A DNA stretch of 62,984 nucleotides, the filler included, from Asterionella formosa (taxonomy: Eukaryota): NCBI GenBank assembly GCA_002256025.1. It is 5 parts of 5 records of this genome, joined end to end, with 100 filler letters (N's around TTAATTAATTAA, not from the genome) between each part and the next. Parts side by side here need not be neighbours in the genome. Positions count along the whole stretch, not along the records: positions 1 to 28,612 come from NKIB01001177.1; 4 more parts are not named here. One strand, written 5' to 3'. Numbering within the stretch: the stretch's first letter is position 1; each line of letters starts with the position of its first letter. The position numbers were made by a program, and so were the translations under genes. This document shows, piece after piece, positions 1-9,946 of the stretch. Below the pieces are notes generated by a model. That model did not search any database, was not told where the DNA came from, and saw only the letters and a program-made list of their open reading frames with translations.

Positions 1-654
1 GGAGGAGGAGAGTGGTGTGAGTCAATTAACTAACCTTACAAGCTCAAGAGGAGTTTGGAAGGGGGGTATGATAAAAGAGTGATTATAGTATATTTATAGT
101 AGACTTTGTAGAGATAGAAAGTAGAGCGAGAACACGAGACAGGCGTTCACAGACAAACAGACAGACACATGAATCTACATCCTGATAGGACAGTGATTCA
201 TAACATCCACCCCATCTCATGAATGAATGAGAAACCTGGAAGCAAAGTAACAGGAATTGTCTGATGGTCTTTGGGACTGGTGAGGCCAAGGCAAGCAAGA
301 GTAGGTGATCAAAACCAGCCAAATGATGGAATTTAGAGTCCATCATATTCTTGTAATGATGCATAAGAAGCACCAAAAGTCAAGGTAATGAAAGAAACTT
401 GGCATCAAGAGGAAAAACAGAGGAGTCAATCTGGAACAAAGAGATATGACTAATTTGGGTGTTTGCGTGTAGGCCTCGAGTGCTGGTCCTTTTGCAAACA
501 GAAGGAAAATAGGATGCACAGGTAGGGATCTGGGGTCGTGAGCTTCACAACAAAAGGCAAGTTGTCCCTATTGTCGGCTAGCTACTTCTTTTTTGAACTT
601 GGATCCCTTTTTGCGTTTCACAGATACCATGTTGCCAGGTGATATCTTGAAATC

Positions 655-852
655 TCACGTCGTGGTGTTGTTTCCATTCGGATGGTCCTTGGATGGATCG
701 ACGTTCCCGTGTTTGTCCCCTAGTCCACTGGCGAGGCATGTCGATGACAAGAACAACGAGGCTGTCGGTCTTGGTGGCAGAAAAGCAGTGGAGAACTTCG
801 AGGATACTGTGAGTACTAACACTGTCGCCAGTATGAAACCAAGTCGAGACAT
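655..852 (-). pseudogene. Possible decayed gene with signal peptide and plastid transit-like N-terminus
   Basis: MSRLGFILATVLVLTVSSKFSTA-FLPP resembles the diatom ASAFAP cleavage motif, followed by a Ser/Thr-rich stretch. The frame stops after ~65 codons and the downstream sequence is full of stops. Confidence 0.3.
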
Positions 853-1268
853 TGCGTCAAGCCAAACGAGCGTTAGGATCTGAAATTGCAAGATACAGCT
901 ATATCGGCCGTCTCTTCAATTCCTCCATTCGTGATGTTCAATCATGCTGAGTGGTTGTTGCTCTCTACTGATTGCTGAGGTTGCTGCTTGCCAGCATGTC
1001 AGAATGATGTGTATTATGATTATATGGCATATACCAGTATATAGATCCGCATATCATCATCACCTTCTAATGCTTTTTGATCGTACATACCACATGCAGG
1101 CAGTTCGCTCAGCCATTCCGCCTCATATCAGCCATAAGATATGAAATCATCCTCTGCTCCCTGCTGCCGTGCATACTACCAGGTGCAAGCATGATATATG
1201 CATGACACAGCCATACCAGTATCATGATGGACCCGCCACCGATTCCATGAGGAGTACGTGGCAAATAT

Positions 1269-2103
1269 TTCTTATCATTCCGAATTTGCTGTATCATTTC
1301 CGGGTTGTGGGCAAAAAATGACGGTTGGTATCAAAACACGGTATCAGCAACGGTAACTTGATGGTATCAATTTTGTATCAATAAATTGATACCTTTTTTT
1401 GCCCCCTCCAAAAACGGTATCAGTGATACTGACGTTTTCACGCGGGTATCATTTCCGTTGTCACTGATAAAATAACCGAAAATACGCCTGCAGGGCAGTA
1501 CTTTTATTGACATCTATATAATATACACAAAAATTATTATGGTGTGCATCAAAGAAGCACAATACAATCATTATAGCGGCCGTGTGTGGTAATGTTCAGC
1601 CACAACACCAAAGAACGAAAACCACTGAGTCGAGAATTGAACAGATTGAGTCATGTGCATAGAGACATATCCGCTATCTAATTACAGGTACCTGGTCCGG
1701 GAATTCATGACAAGGTACTAGGCAATAGAATACGAAAATCATCATGTGACTACGACATATACTAGCTGTGCAAATACTTTGGTAGAATACGAAAATGATC
1801 ACGTGACTACAACAAATACATGTGCAAATACAATTGACTATAGTAGTCCATATACATAATTCGCGTAGATTTCTTGCATGGTTTGAGGACTGGTTTGGTA
1901 TCATTATGTACCGGCAGTCAGGAAAGAAAAGCACATGTTTGTAGCCAGCCCGTAACCGTTGAATTTTCGTGATACTTTTTGGTGATACAATTTCATTTTT
2001 TCTTTTGTGGAGAATGGATTTTTTCGGTTTAAATCGAGTAGCCGTTACATGATACTTTTTCAAAAAAAATGATACCAAATCGAAAATGATAAGAACGACC
2101 CTA
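1269..2103. mobile_element. Non-autonomous TIR element (hAT-like end) with GTATCA/TGATAC subterminal repeats
   Basis: Imperfect inverted repeat TTCTTATCATTCCGAATTTGCTGTATCATTT (1269-1299) versus AAATGATACCAAATCGAAAATGATAAGAA (2067-2095). The right end reads TAGGG on the minus strand. GTATCA motifs cluster at both ends. Confidence 0.45.
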
Positions 2104-2104
2104 A

Positions 2105-3764
2105 AGAGCATCGCCACCGCATCGACCAAATACCAAAGCCAATTGCAGTTGAAAATATCAATACATGTCACTTGGTTGAGAATTTTTTTATCAATAGTCG
2201 AATTTTTCATATTTTTTCCCACCGCATCGACCAAATCCTAGAATAGTCAAATCTCGCGCCGAAACTTTTAGCGAATAGAAATAGCACTAGAATTTTATTA
2301 CATGTGTATCGTTATTTTAATAAACCCGATTACTACCAATAAGAAAATGATGGGACGCACTGCGTGGTTTGTGGTAGCATACCAGGGTAATCATCCATAT
2401 GTATCTGCCTGATGAAATCAGCAAAGATAGCGACTCATCAGATGACGACCGCTCCTACACTTACGTACATACCAGTTAAACATATACAGGAAGAAAACGA
2501 GAAAGGCAACTGAAGGAGGATCAAAGGAAGTAGCTTAGCTACCGGTAGTCTGTACCTGTAGTTTTTTGAATAATTGTAGCACCACGTTTCCTGCAAATTC
2601 CTTATTCTTACGCAGCTAGTACTACGCCTATCGAAACTGCCCATCAAAAACTAATATGACTATGCATTTGTATATTGGTATTCTAGAATAGAAAAACCTT
2701 CCATTTTTCCAATTAGCTAGAGTGATAGCCTAGCTTTCTAATCAATCATACTAGCATTGACATGTAATCTATATTATTTTTCCTTCATTTGGAATCATCT
2801 GCTACATCAAAATCATCAGTGGTGGATGACAGGTGGGACAGTGGAGTACTGGAAGCACTGGAATTTTTGAGATGCAATTGGATCACACCTAATCCCTCCT
2901 TCATTTTTTCCATGAAACGACATTGCCTTTATTGGCGTGAAACCCTTCGTTAAATGGCACAACTCTCTTGGATACATTTTTGAAATTCTTCGGCTGATTA
3001 ATCAACCATCGACACAGTAAACTGTTACACAATATACCCATGGCTGGCATGCAAGGGAAGAAGATATCGATACTAGCCTGGGACATGCAGCAGTCTGCCA
3101 ACAATGACACATTACGGTACATGAGGAACAATGCTGCCTTGACGAAACTCACATATCGCTATCGATTGTTGCTCTTGACAGCGCCAAAATAATCCAACTT
3201 TGGTTCTGTCTGAAACCGACGATGAATCATCCTCGTTGGCTGCTGCTCCTGCTGCTCCTGCTCCTGCTCCTTCTGCGGGTCCTGCGGCTCCTGCTCCTGC
3301 TGCTCCTTCTCATGTAGCATCCTGCTTTGACAACAATGGATGACGATATCTTATTGGGATCGTCAAAGACTCGAAGGACAATATTTTATAGATAGCTGCC
3401 GGTGTTATTCAAAGGTTTTTGTACTTAAGTTTATTATTTGTCTACATCAAGAGAGTAAGGTAAATGTGTATTGTAAGCGTTTGTGGATCAATGAAACAGT
3501 TGACGTTATGTTGCCGGCGCGAGCCACAATCTAAACCAATAGAAATGCTCCTTTTATTTGGCTACAGTCGGAGTCTAATCGACCAAATACCAGATATTTG
3601 GTCGATAAGGGGGTCATCCTCGATCAAGACCAAAGCATATTTGGTCTTGGTCGATGCGGTGGCTAAAATATTTTTGCTTTTTCGACCAACACAACGCATC
3701 ATGACGTGTAATGACCCGCAACTTCAATTGGCTTGGTATTTGGTCGATGCGGTGGCGATGCTCT
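2105..3764. mobile_element. PIF/Harbinger-like non-autonomous DNA transposon
   Basis: Near-perfect ~38-bp TIRs: AGAGCATCGCCACCGCATCGACCAAATACC at 2105 and GGTATTTGGTCGATGCGGTGGCGATGCTCT ending at 3764. Internal CATCGACCAA repeats. Flanks TAA/TAT fit a decayed 3-bp TWA target duplication. The GAGCATC terminus is typical of PIF/Tourist elements. Confidence 0.75.
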
Positions 3765-4330
3765 TATCATAGAGGATAATATTCTGGACCACATGTATTT
3801 TTGTGTAGCAGTTGTGTACGTAGCAATCATAACTTCTTGAATGATGACCGATTCTTTAAATGATGATGTCACGCATGATGTCAGCGGAGTGGTGCTCCGG
3901 CGCGATACCTAGTGATTTATGCGCGCTGGCTCGTCCGCCTCCTTGATTGTTTCTTACTAACTATAATAATGGTCAAAGAAGGCATTGAGTGCTTGGACGC
4001 AAGTACATAGCTCAACGACAGCTACCGGTAGGAAATTATAGCCAGCCAGCATGACAGGGAAACCGTAATTTAGTCAGTGGTTCGCCGTTTCCTCGCCACT
4101 TTTTGAATGGAAAAGCATTCAAGCACAACAGGATCAATTACAGCACCTGTACCTGTAGCTACCGGTCAAGACCTATATACACGCAATTAATGCATCCACT
4201 TTTTTGGTTCATCAATAATCTCTCAGAGAATTAGACTATCCTGTATCTCTCAAAACATCTGTTGTGATCGTAAAAGCAAACAGACATTGTTGTTAACACG
4301 AGGAAGATCAAAACGTTCATATCCATATAA

Positions 4331-6790
4331 ATGTCAGCTACAGAGCGATCATCGCCAGATCCTCTCGAGGATGGAGTTCAACGCAAGGAAGTTGACTACT
4401 ATTTGAATCCAACAGAACTCTTTCGATGGATTAACTACCGGCGCTGGGATGGGGCCAAAGCTAGAGTTTTGTCACATGCCGAAGAATGTTCCACCTGGAT
4501 TGTCAGTCGACACAGCAACGATGGTCGTGTCTTGTGGAGGCATTTGCCATTGCACCTAGTTTGCATGCAAAGTGACTCGACGGATGGCATGGAGGATTTG
4601 GTTGACATTTTGTTGGAAGCCTACCCCGATGCAGCCTCCTCCCCAGACGACCAGGGCATGTTGCCACTACACCTGATTGTCGCCAATAGCACCAAGCCAA
4701 ACGAACGCGTCTTGAATCTGTTGATTCTTTGCTATCCAACAGGTATTGACGTCAAGGACAAGTACGGTCGGACTCCCATGGACCTTGTCAAGGAAAAAGC
4801 CGAGAATGGTCCCCACCGTGATGCCGCTATACGAGCGCTACTCCGAGCCAAGACAACGACGCAGAAATTGATGCAAGCGATTCGAGAAGAGAACGATGAC
4901 TTGATCGCTGCACAGCAACAAACTCATGCCAATGAACGTATGGCCTCTCAGCGCATTATTCTACGACTTGAAGAAGAGCTTGAGGCTTCAAGGAAGCGAA
5001 CAGAGGAATTTCAACAAGCCTCATCGTCGCAAACGGGTACGACAAAACACCTAGCACAGCAGTTGGATCATTTACAGCATCAGTTGGAATCTTCTCATAA
5101 TACCATTCTATCTGTTCGAAGAGAACGCGATGAATTGTTGCATCGAACAGAACTCCTGGAAGCACAAGTTCACGAGCACGACCGCGTTGTGGCAAAGCTC
5201 CACCAGGACTTTACTCATGACCGCCAGGATCAAAGTGATGTTATTGCCAATTTGAAGAGTGAAGTTAGCACATCCAAAGCCATGGCAGCGGCACTGGAAT
5301 CTCAGTTAAAGTCAAGATTTACAAATGAAGAATATTTAACGACTGCTGTCAGTGATCTGGAAACGAAGTTGAGTGACTTGACATTGGAACACCAGCAAGA
5401 GCGGAAAAAGTTGCTTCATGAGCGCGATACATATCAAGCTGAGAATACTCAGTTACAGCGTCAAGTGGACGAATTGTCCAAAAAGTTCAATTTGTCGCAG
5501 ACAAAATTGGCAACAATTAACAAACAAATGACGTCGGTCCTCTCTTCGCACGGTGCTCTCAATGCAGAGCACGATAGGATTGTTGAGGCCAACTTGCGAG
5601 TGGAAGCGGATTTGTTGGAACATACAAGGGCAGAACGGGCAAATATGATGCTTAATATTAAGAAACAATGGGAGTTTATGGAAGCGAATCTCAAACAGCA
5701 AGAGCACTTGTTGGCTGAGACTGAACAAAAGGAGAGCGAAATATTGTCTCTCGCAAGGGATGAGCGTGAGAGGAGCGTGGAGGTCATGGCGAGGATGAGA
5801 CAAGACTTCAGGGATGCAAGAAGTAGTGCATTAGATCGAGCACGAGGAATGCCGGCAGACAGTGTCAATGGTGGCATTATGATTGACAGTAACGCTAGAC
5901 CTGAGTCCCGAAACGGGGAGCGACCGCCGCAATCGTCGGGGGCATCACAGCATACAGACGGGCGATCAAATGGATCGCACAACAGTCGACCATCGCCTTC
6001 GGATAATGTAGGTAGTTTGATACCACCCACATCAAGTATTCAGCCCACAAGACGCATGAGCTCGCGATCTGACGAGACCATTTCTGCTTATTCGAGCAAA
6101 AATGAAGAGGGGCATCCAGCTAGATCCTTTTTATATCCTGGTCGAAATTCTTCCTTAGTATCAGGTCGAACTTCCCAAGTTGAATCTCGCAGCCCATCTG
6201 GAGACATGTCGATGGAACGTCGTCAAGCGGCAGAGCAGCAGCAAACGGACCGAAATCTATTGCAACTGTTGGAGGCCCGAGCTGCCTCCGATGGTCGTAG
6301 CCGATCCCTCGTTAGTTCCAATGAATCCTCAACATTTGGAACATCCTCTACAGTATCTTCAAGACACATGCCGACGACGTCGACAACAGCAACGACTAGT
6401 CAGCCTCGATTAATTAATATGCCAAGGGTCAACTTCGATGCCTCCACTACTTCATCTTCCCACACATCAACATCTCCACGAAATGCTACATCGCGGTCAA
6501 CTGCTACAAGTTACTCGCCACATCATCCTCCACCCAAGATGGTGCCATCTTTGAGTTTGGATGAATACTCTCACAATCAGTCTGTGAGCAGTGGAAGTGT
6601 GGATAGTGACAGTGATTCTTCATCCACCAGGGGTGGTGGAGCACCAACTTCCTCATCATCGCGTAAAAGTACGACTGGAAGTCAATATTCAGGAATGGTG
6701 GCAGGAATGAGGATGGGAATGATCCGTATTGCGGAAGAAGAGTCTGTTGAAAGTGATGCTGATAGTCGGTTTACTAGTAATAGGCAATGA
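4331..6790 (+). CDS. Ankyrin-like repeat N-terminus + long coiled coil + Ser-rich tail protein (819 aa)
   Basis: Intact single-exon ORF. Diatom-type ankyrin-like motifs (NPTELF..I..RRW, LPLHLVC, YPDAA...D.QGMLPLH, KDKYGRTPMDL), a heptad-rich middle and a disordered C-terminus. Confidence 0.88.
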   Translation: MSATERSSPDPLEDGVQRKEVDYYLNPTELFRWINYRRWDGAKARVLSHAEECSTWIVSRHSNDGRVLWRHLPLHLVCMQSDSTDGMEDLVDILLEAYPDAASSPDDQGMLPLHLIVANSTKPNERVLNLLILCYPTGIDVKDKYGRTPMDLVKEKAENGPHRDAAIRALLRAKTTTQKLMQAIREENDDLIAAQQQTHANERMASQRIILRLEEELEASRKRTEEFQQASSSQTGTTKHLAQQLDHLQHQLESSHNTILSVRRERDELLHRTELLEAQVHEHDRVVAKLHQDFTHDRQDQSDVIANLKSEVSTSKAMAAALESQLKSRFTNEEYLTTAVSDLETKLSDLTLEHQQERKKLLHERDTYQAENTQLQRQVDELSKKFNLSQTKLATINKQMTSVLSSHGALNAEHDRIVEANLRVEADLLEHTRAERANMMLNIKKQWEFMEANLKQQEHLLAETEQKESEILSLARDERERSVEVMARMRQDFRDARSSALDRARGMPADSVNGGIMIDSNARPESRNGERPPQSSGASQHTDGRSNGSHNSRPSPSDNVGSLIPPTSSIQPTRRMSSRSDETISAYSSKNEEGHPARSFLYPGRNSSLVSGRTSQVESRSPSGDMSMERRQAAEQQQTDRNLLQLLEARAASDGRSRSLVSSNESSTFGTSSTVSSRHMPTTSTTATTSQPRLINMPRVNFDASTTSSSHTSTSPRNATSRSTATSYSPHHPPPKMVPSLSLDEYSHNQSVSSGSVDSDSDSSSTRGGGAPTSSSSRKSTTGSQYSGMVAGMRMGMIRIAEEESVESDADSRFTSNRQ

Positions 6791-7161
6791 GCGACAGCAT
6801 AGTATAATAAATGTAATAATAATAATTGCCTTGATGAAATGAAGCGGAATGAATGTACATATGAAACGATGAAAGTTAATTTATAATTATTTTATAATTA
6901 GTTTTATCATGAATGATTTCACTTCTCATTGGGGCAATGCTGTGAATGCAGCATTGGTAAACTTGAATGATTAACGTGATGTTTCATACTAGAGATGATT
7001 TGGGATGATTGTACGTGCATTGAATAGAATGTCGGTGTATATGAAAAATAAGACTTTACTTGTTTCAAGTGGGTGTATTCGCCAAAGATTGCACAGGTCC
7101 GCTAAAATGATTTTGATTGATAGAAATAGATAATTAATACTATACCGCCGCCGCTTCAAGA

Positions 7162-8730
7162 TTATTCGATCGAGAAATCTGGCTGAGCGAAATGATTCAG
7201 GGCTGCCTTACATTCTTCCATGTCATTTCCATATACTCCAATATTCATCTTTGTTTTGACGCCTTTTACAAGTTCCAAAAACGAAGCCAACACAATTCTC
7301 GACTTACCCATATTTTGTTCGTTATACTCTTCGATTTGCTGTACCAATTCCTGTGCACTCCCATGGAAGGTAACATTTCCGCTGCGCCGAAATAGAGCAA
7401 TCTGAAATCCAAACTGTGCATTCAACAACTGCAGTGTCATAATGGCGGGACAGCTGCCCGTGACACGCGGATTGATGTCCACCAAGTATCCATTTTGCTG
7501 TGAGTCGAATAGGACATCAATACCTGCAAATCCCCAAAAGCCCACAGAGTGGCAGTATTTGCAGACTTCTTCCACAAAAGGCAACTGCAACTCCTTCAAC
7601 TCCTGCTGATCCTTCATGTAGATGTACGAGTCCGAGCTAAAGTGCTTAGTTCCCGGCATGCGATGGTTTTCGTTCGATCCAAACCACGTGACGCGTTTTC
7701 CGTCTGGGTGCATGAAAAAGTGGCAGGCCACATTGCGATGAATGTCTACAAAGTCCGTGATGACATAGGTAGGCCTTCCAGAGTCTTCCAGGAACTGCTC
7801 GAACTCCGCTTCGTCATTGTCGTCTGCAATGATGAAAATGCCCTTGGACCCCATGGAATGAGTGGTCTTGACCACGCAGGGCCTGCTGGTCTTCGTGTCT
7901 GGCAGGAGGTGCGTGGTCTTCTGCGTCATGAGGTGGATCGCGTCCTTGCCGGCCATGTGGTAGTGGACGCCGGGGTCGTTGACGTGGTTGGGGATGGACT
8001 CCACGGGCAAGTAGGCGTACACGGTTTGGCTTTCCACGTCGATGGTCTTGACGAAGGTGGGCTCCACGTACCCCGGGATGTTCTTGCGCCAGTGGTCTAG
8101 CAGCCCGAGCGGCGGGTCCTCCCTGAGGAACACGGGGTAGGCATTGCCGTTCATGCCCGCGTACCGACAGGGCCCCAGCACGCCCTTGGACCGACTTGAC
8201 TTGAGCGGCGGCCAGTCGTGGAATCTGAACTTCTTGCTGTTGTAGAAGGAGGTGTCGGCCGTGGAGGTGGAAGGGCTCTCGAAGAGCATGACTATGTTGT
8301 TGATGGGCGTGTCTGGGTGTCCGTGCTTCTGCTTGTATATCTGTCCCTCCAGGATGAGGTCCGAGTACTTCTTGTGGCCGTCCCAGTTCTTTACCTGGAA
8401 GGGAGCGTCTCCGTGCACAAAGTCCAGCTCTGACAGCGAGGCTACGCTGAACGACGAGGCTCTGCTGCGGCCGCCGCCCTTGTCGTCGGCCGCGTCGTCC
8501 AGAGCGGAGTCCTCCTTGCACTCCTTGTCCCGGTTGAAGAGCTCTGTCTCAGTCAGGATGACGAAGGAGCCCTCGGGCAAGTCGAACGTGGCCTCGTTGT
8601 TGTGGAAGGAGGTGTCGACCTCCTTCAGCACTGTCTCGCGCTCTGATGGCCGGTCCACTTCTAGCACAGTCACGTCTTCCAAAGACAGGAACAGATTCGT
8701 CGGGGCCTCGTGGCTAGGTTGGTGGGCCAT
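7162..8730 (-). CDS. ATP-grasp fold enzyme (522 aa), substrate unknown
   Basis: Intact ORF with ATP-grasp motifs PCVVKTTHSMGSKGIFII, YVITDFV and GFAGIDVLFD...YLVDINPR. Confidence 0.85.
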   Translation of the reverse strand: MAHQPSHEAPTNLFLSLEDVTVLEVDRPSERETVLKEVDTSFHNNEATFDLPEGSFVILTETELFNRDKECKEDSALDDAADDKGGGRSRASSFSVASLSELDFVHGDAPFQVKNWDGHKKYSDLILEGQIYKQKHGHPDTPINNIVMLFESPSTSTADTSFYNSKKFRFHDWPPLKSSRSKGVLGPCRYAGMNGNAYPVFLREDPPLGLLDHWRKNIPGYVEPTFVKTIDVESQTVYAYLPVESIPNHVNDPGVHYHMAGKDAIHLMTQKTTHLLPDTKTSRPCVVKTTHSMGSKGIFIIADDNDEAEFEQFLEDSGRPTYVITDFVDIHRNVACHFFMHPDGKRVTWFGSNENHRMPGTKHFSSDSYIYMKDQQELKELQLPFVEEVCKYCHSVGFWGFAGIDVLFDSQQNGYLVDINPRVTGSCPAIMTLQLLNAQFGFQIALFRRSGNVTFHGSAQELVQQIEEYNEQNMGKSRIVLASFLELVKGVKTKMNIGVYGNDMEECKAALNHFAQPDFSIE

Positions 8731-9184
8731 GGTGTGTTGTGTATGTATGTGGAGTTAAAGTCTAACCTGGTGATGGAATGGAAGGGGAAGCTGATCTGTT
8801 TGAAACTGCTATACCGGTAGCTGATGGGCGCTGTGCTGTGTATGTTGATTTATTGCTACGAGACTTTCGTGCTTGATTGAATTTTCTGGTTTCGCTTTCA
8901 GGAATGGAAAATTAAAAATACAAAGCAGTCGTTCCATCCTGCTTACTTATGCTTTTTTCATGTGGCTGATGGTTACTACCTGTAATTATAGCGATACTAT
9001 TGGTATATACCGGTATCTTGCTTTGTCCATCCACACCTGTGACTGATGATGCTTCCTTGGTTCGCGTGGTTGTCGTTGCTTCTTGTTTTTCATGCGATGC
9101 CTGATGATGATTATTACTGGTATGCGATCTGACACTCGTTTGAAATTGAACATAGTAGACATCATACATTAGTGGTTGGTGTCC

Positions 9185-9650
9185 TTGTACTGGTACCTAA
9201 TAGGTACTCCGTGCTTGCTACCTGATACCTGGTAGAATACCAGTCGTACGAGGGATACCTACATGTTGCAATCGTACGACAAGATCGGGGAGTGCCTTTG
9301 GTGCACCGAGTACCTGCTTACCTAGTTGAGCACCTGTACCTGGTACCAGGTACCATGTGCGAAGGGTAGACCACTGGTACCTGGTACCAGGTACCGTACC
9401 GTTACGATGTGAAGGTACCTGGTACCTGGTACCAGGGTAGTCGTGCAATTTCAGCGTCCATCCATCCATACGATGCCTTGCAATGATACACAATACCTGG
9501 TACTGGTACCTGGTACCTGGTACCGTATCTTGCTGACTCTACACATGTCCTCCTCCGGAGAACAGTACTGGTACCCTGGTACCAGGTACCTTGTACCTGG
9601 TGCATGTATACAGTCCAAGCTGGTACTCCATGTACGGTACTAGCGGTAGT
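9185..9650. repeat. (GGTACCW)n palindromic microsatellite array
   Basis: Dense runs such as CCTGGTACCAGGTACC and GGTACCTGGTACCTGGTACC, upstream of the ATP-grasp gene. Confidence 0.9.
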
Positions 9651-9946
9651 TCTTAAAATACACAAATAATAGATTCGTTGGTCCTCCAATCAAGATTCGA
9701 TTTCTTTTGTGGTGGGATCATGCAGCTCTACTGTACTGCGTCCGTGAGCAATTACCTGGATGGTGTTGCCTGGGGCTGCGTGCTGGTAATAATGGTGAGT
9801 GCTAGCAAGAGTACGTATTATTGGTTGTGACGACGACGATGGATAGTGAAAGTGCAATGCATGTACATCACACCATCTAGCGTACCAGTTTGATGATTGA
9901 GACCACGACTAAACAAAGCAACAAAAATAGCGGTTTCTTTCCGGAA

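Noticed and set aside
1674..2234. 186-aa minus-strand ORF
   Set aside because: It spans the termini of two transposons, has a non-ATG start and shows no domain features.
7549..8758. Long overlapping ORFs on both strands of the ATP-grasp gene
   Set aside because: Expected shadows of GC-rich coding sequence, with no protein-like motifs.
9218..9689. ORFs rich in PGTWYLVPGT (also near 16619-17215, 44876-45100, 62028-62635)
   Set aside because: Translations of the GGTACCW microsatellite, not proteins.
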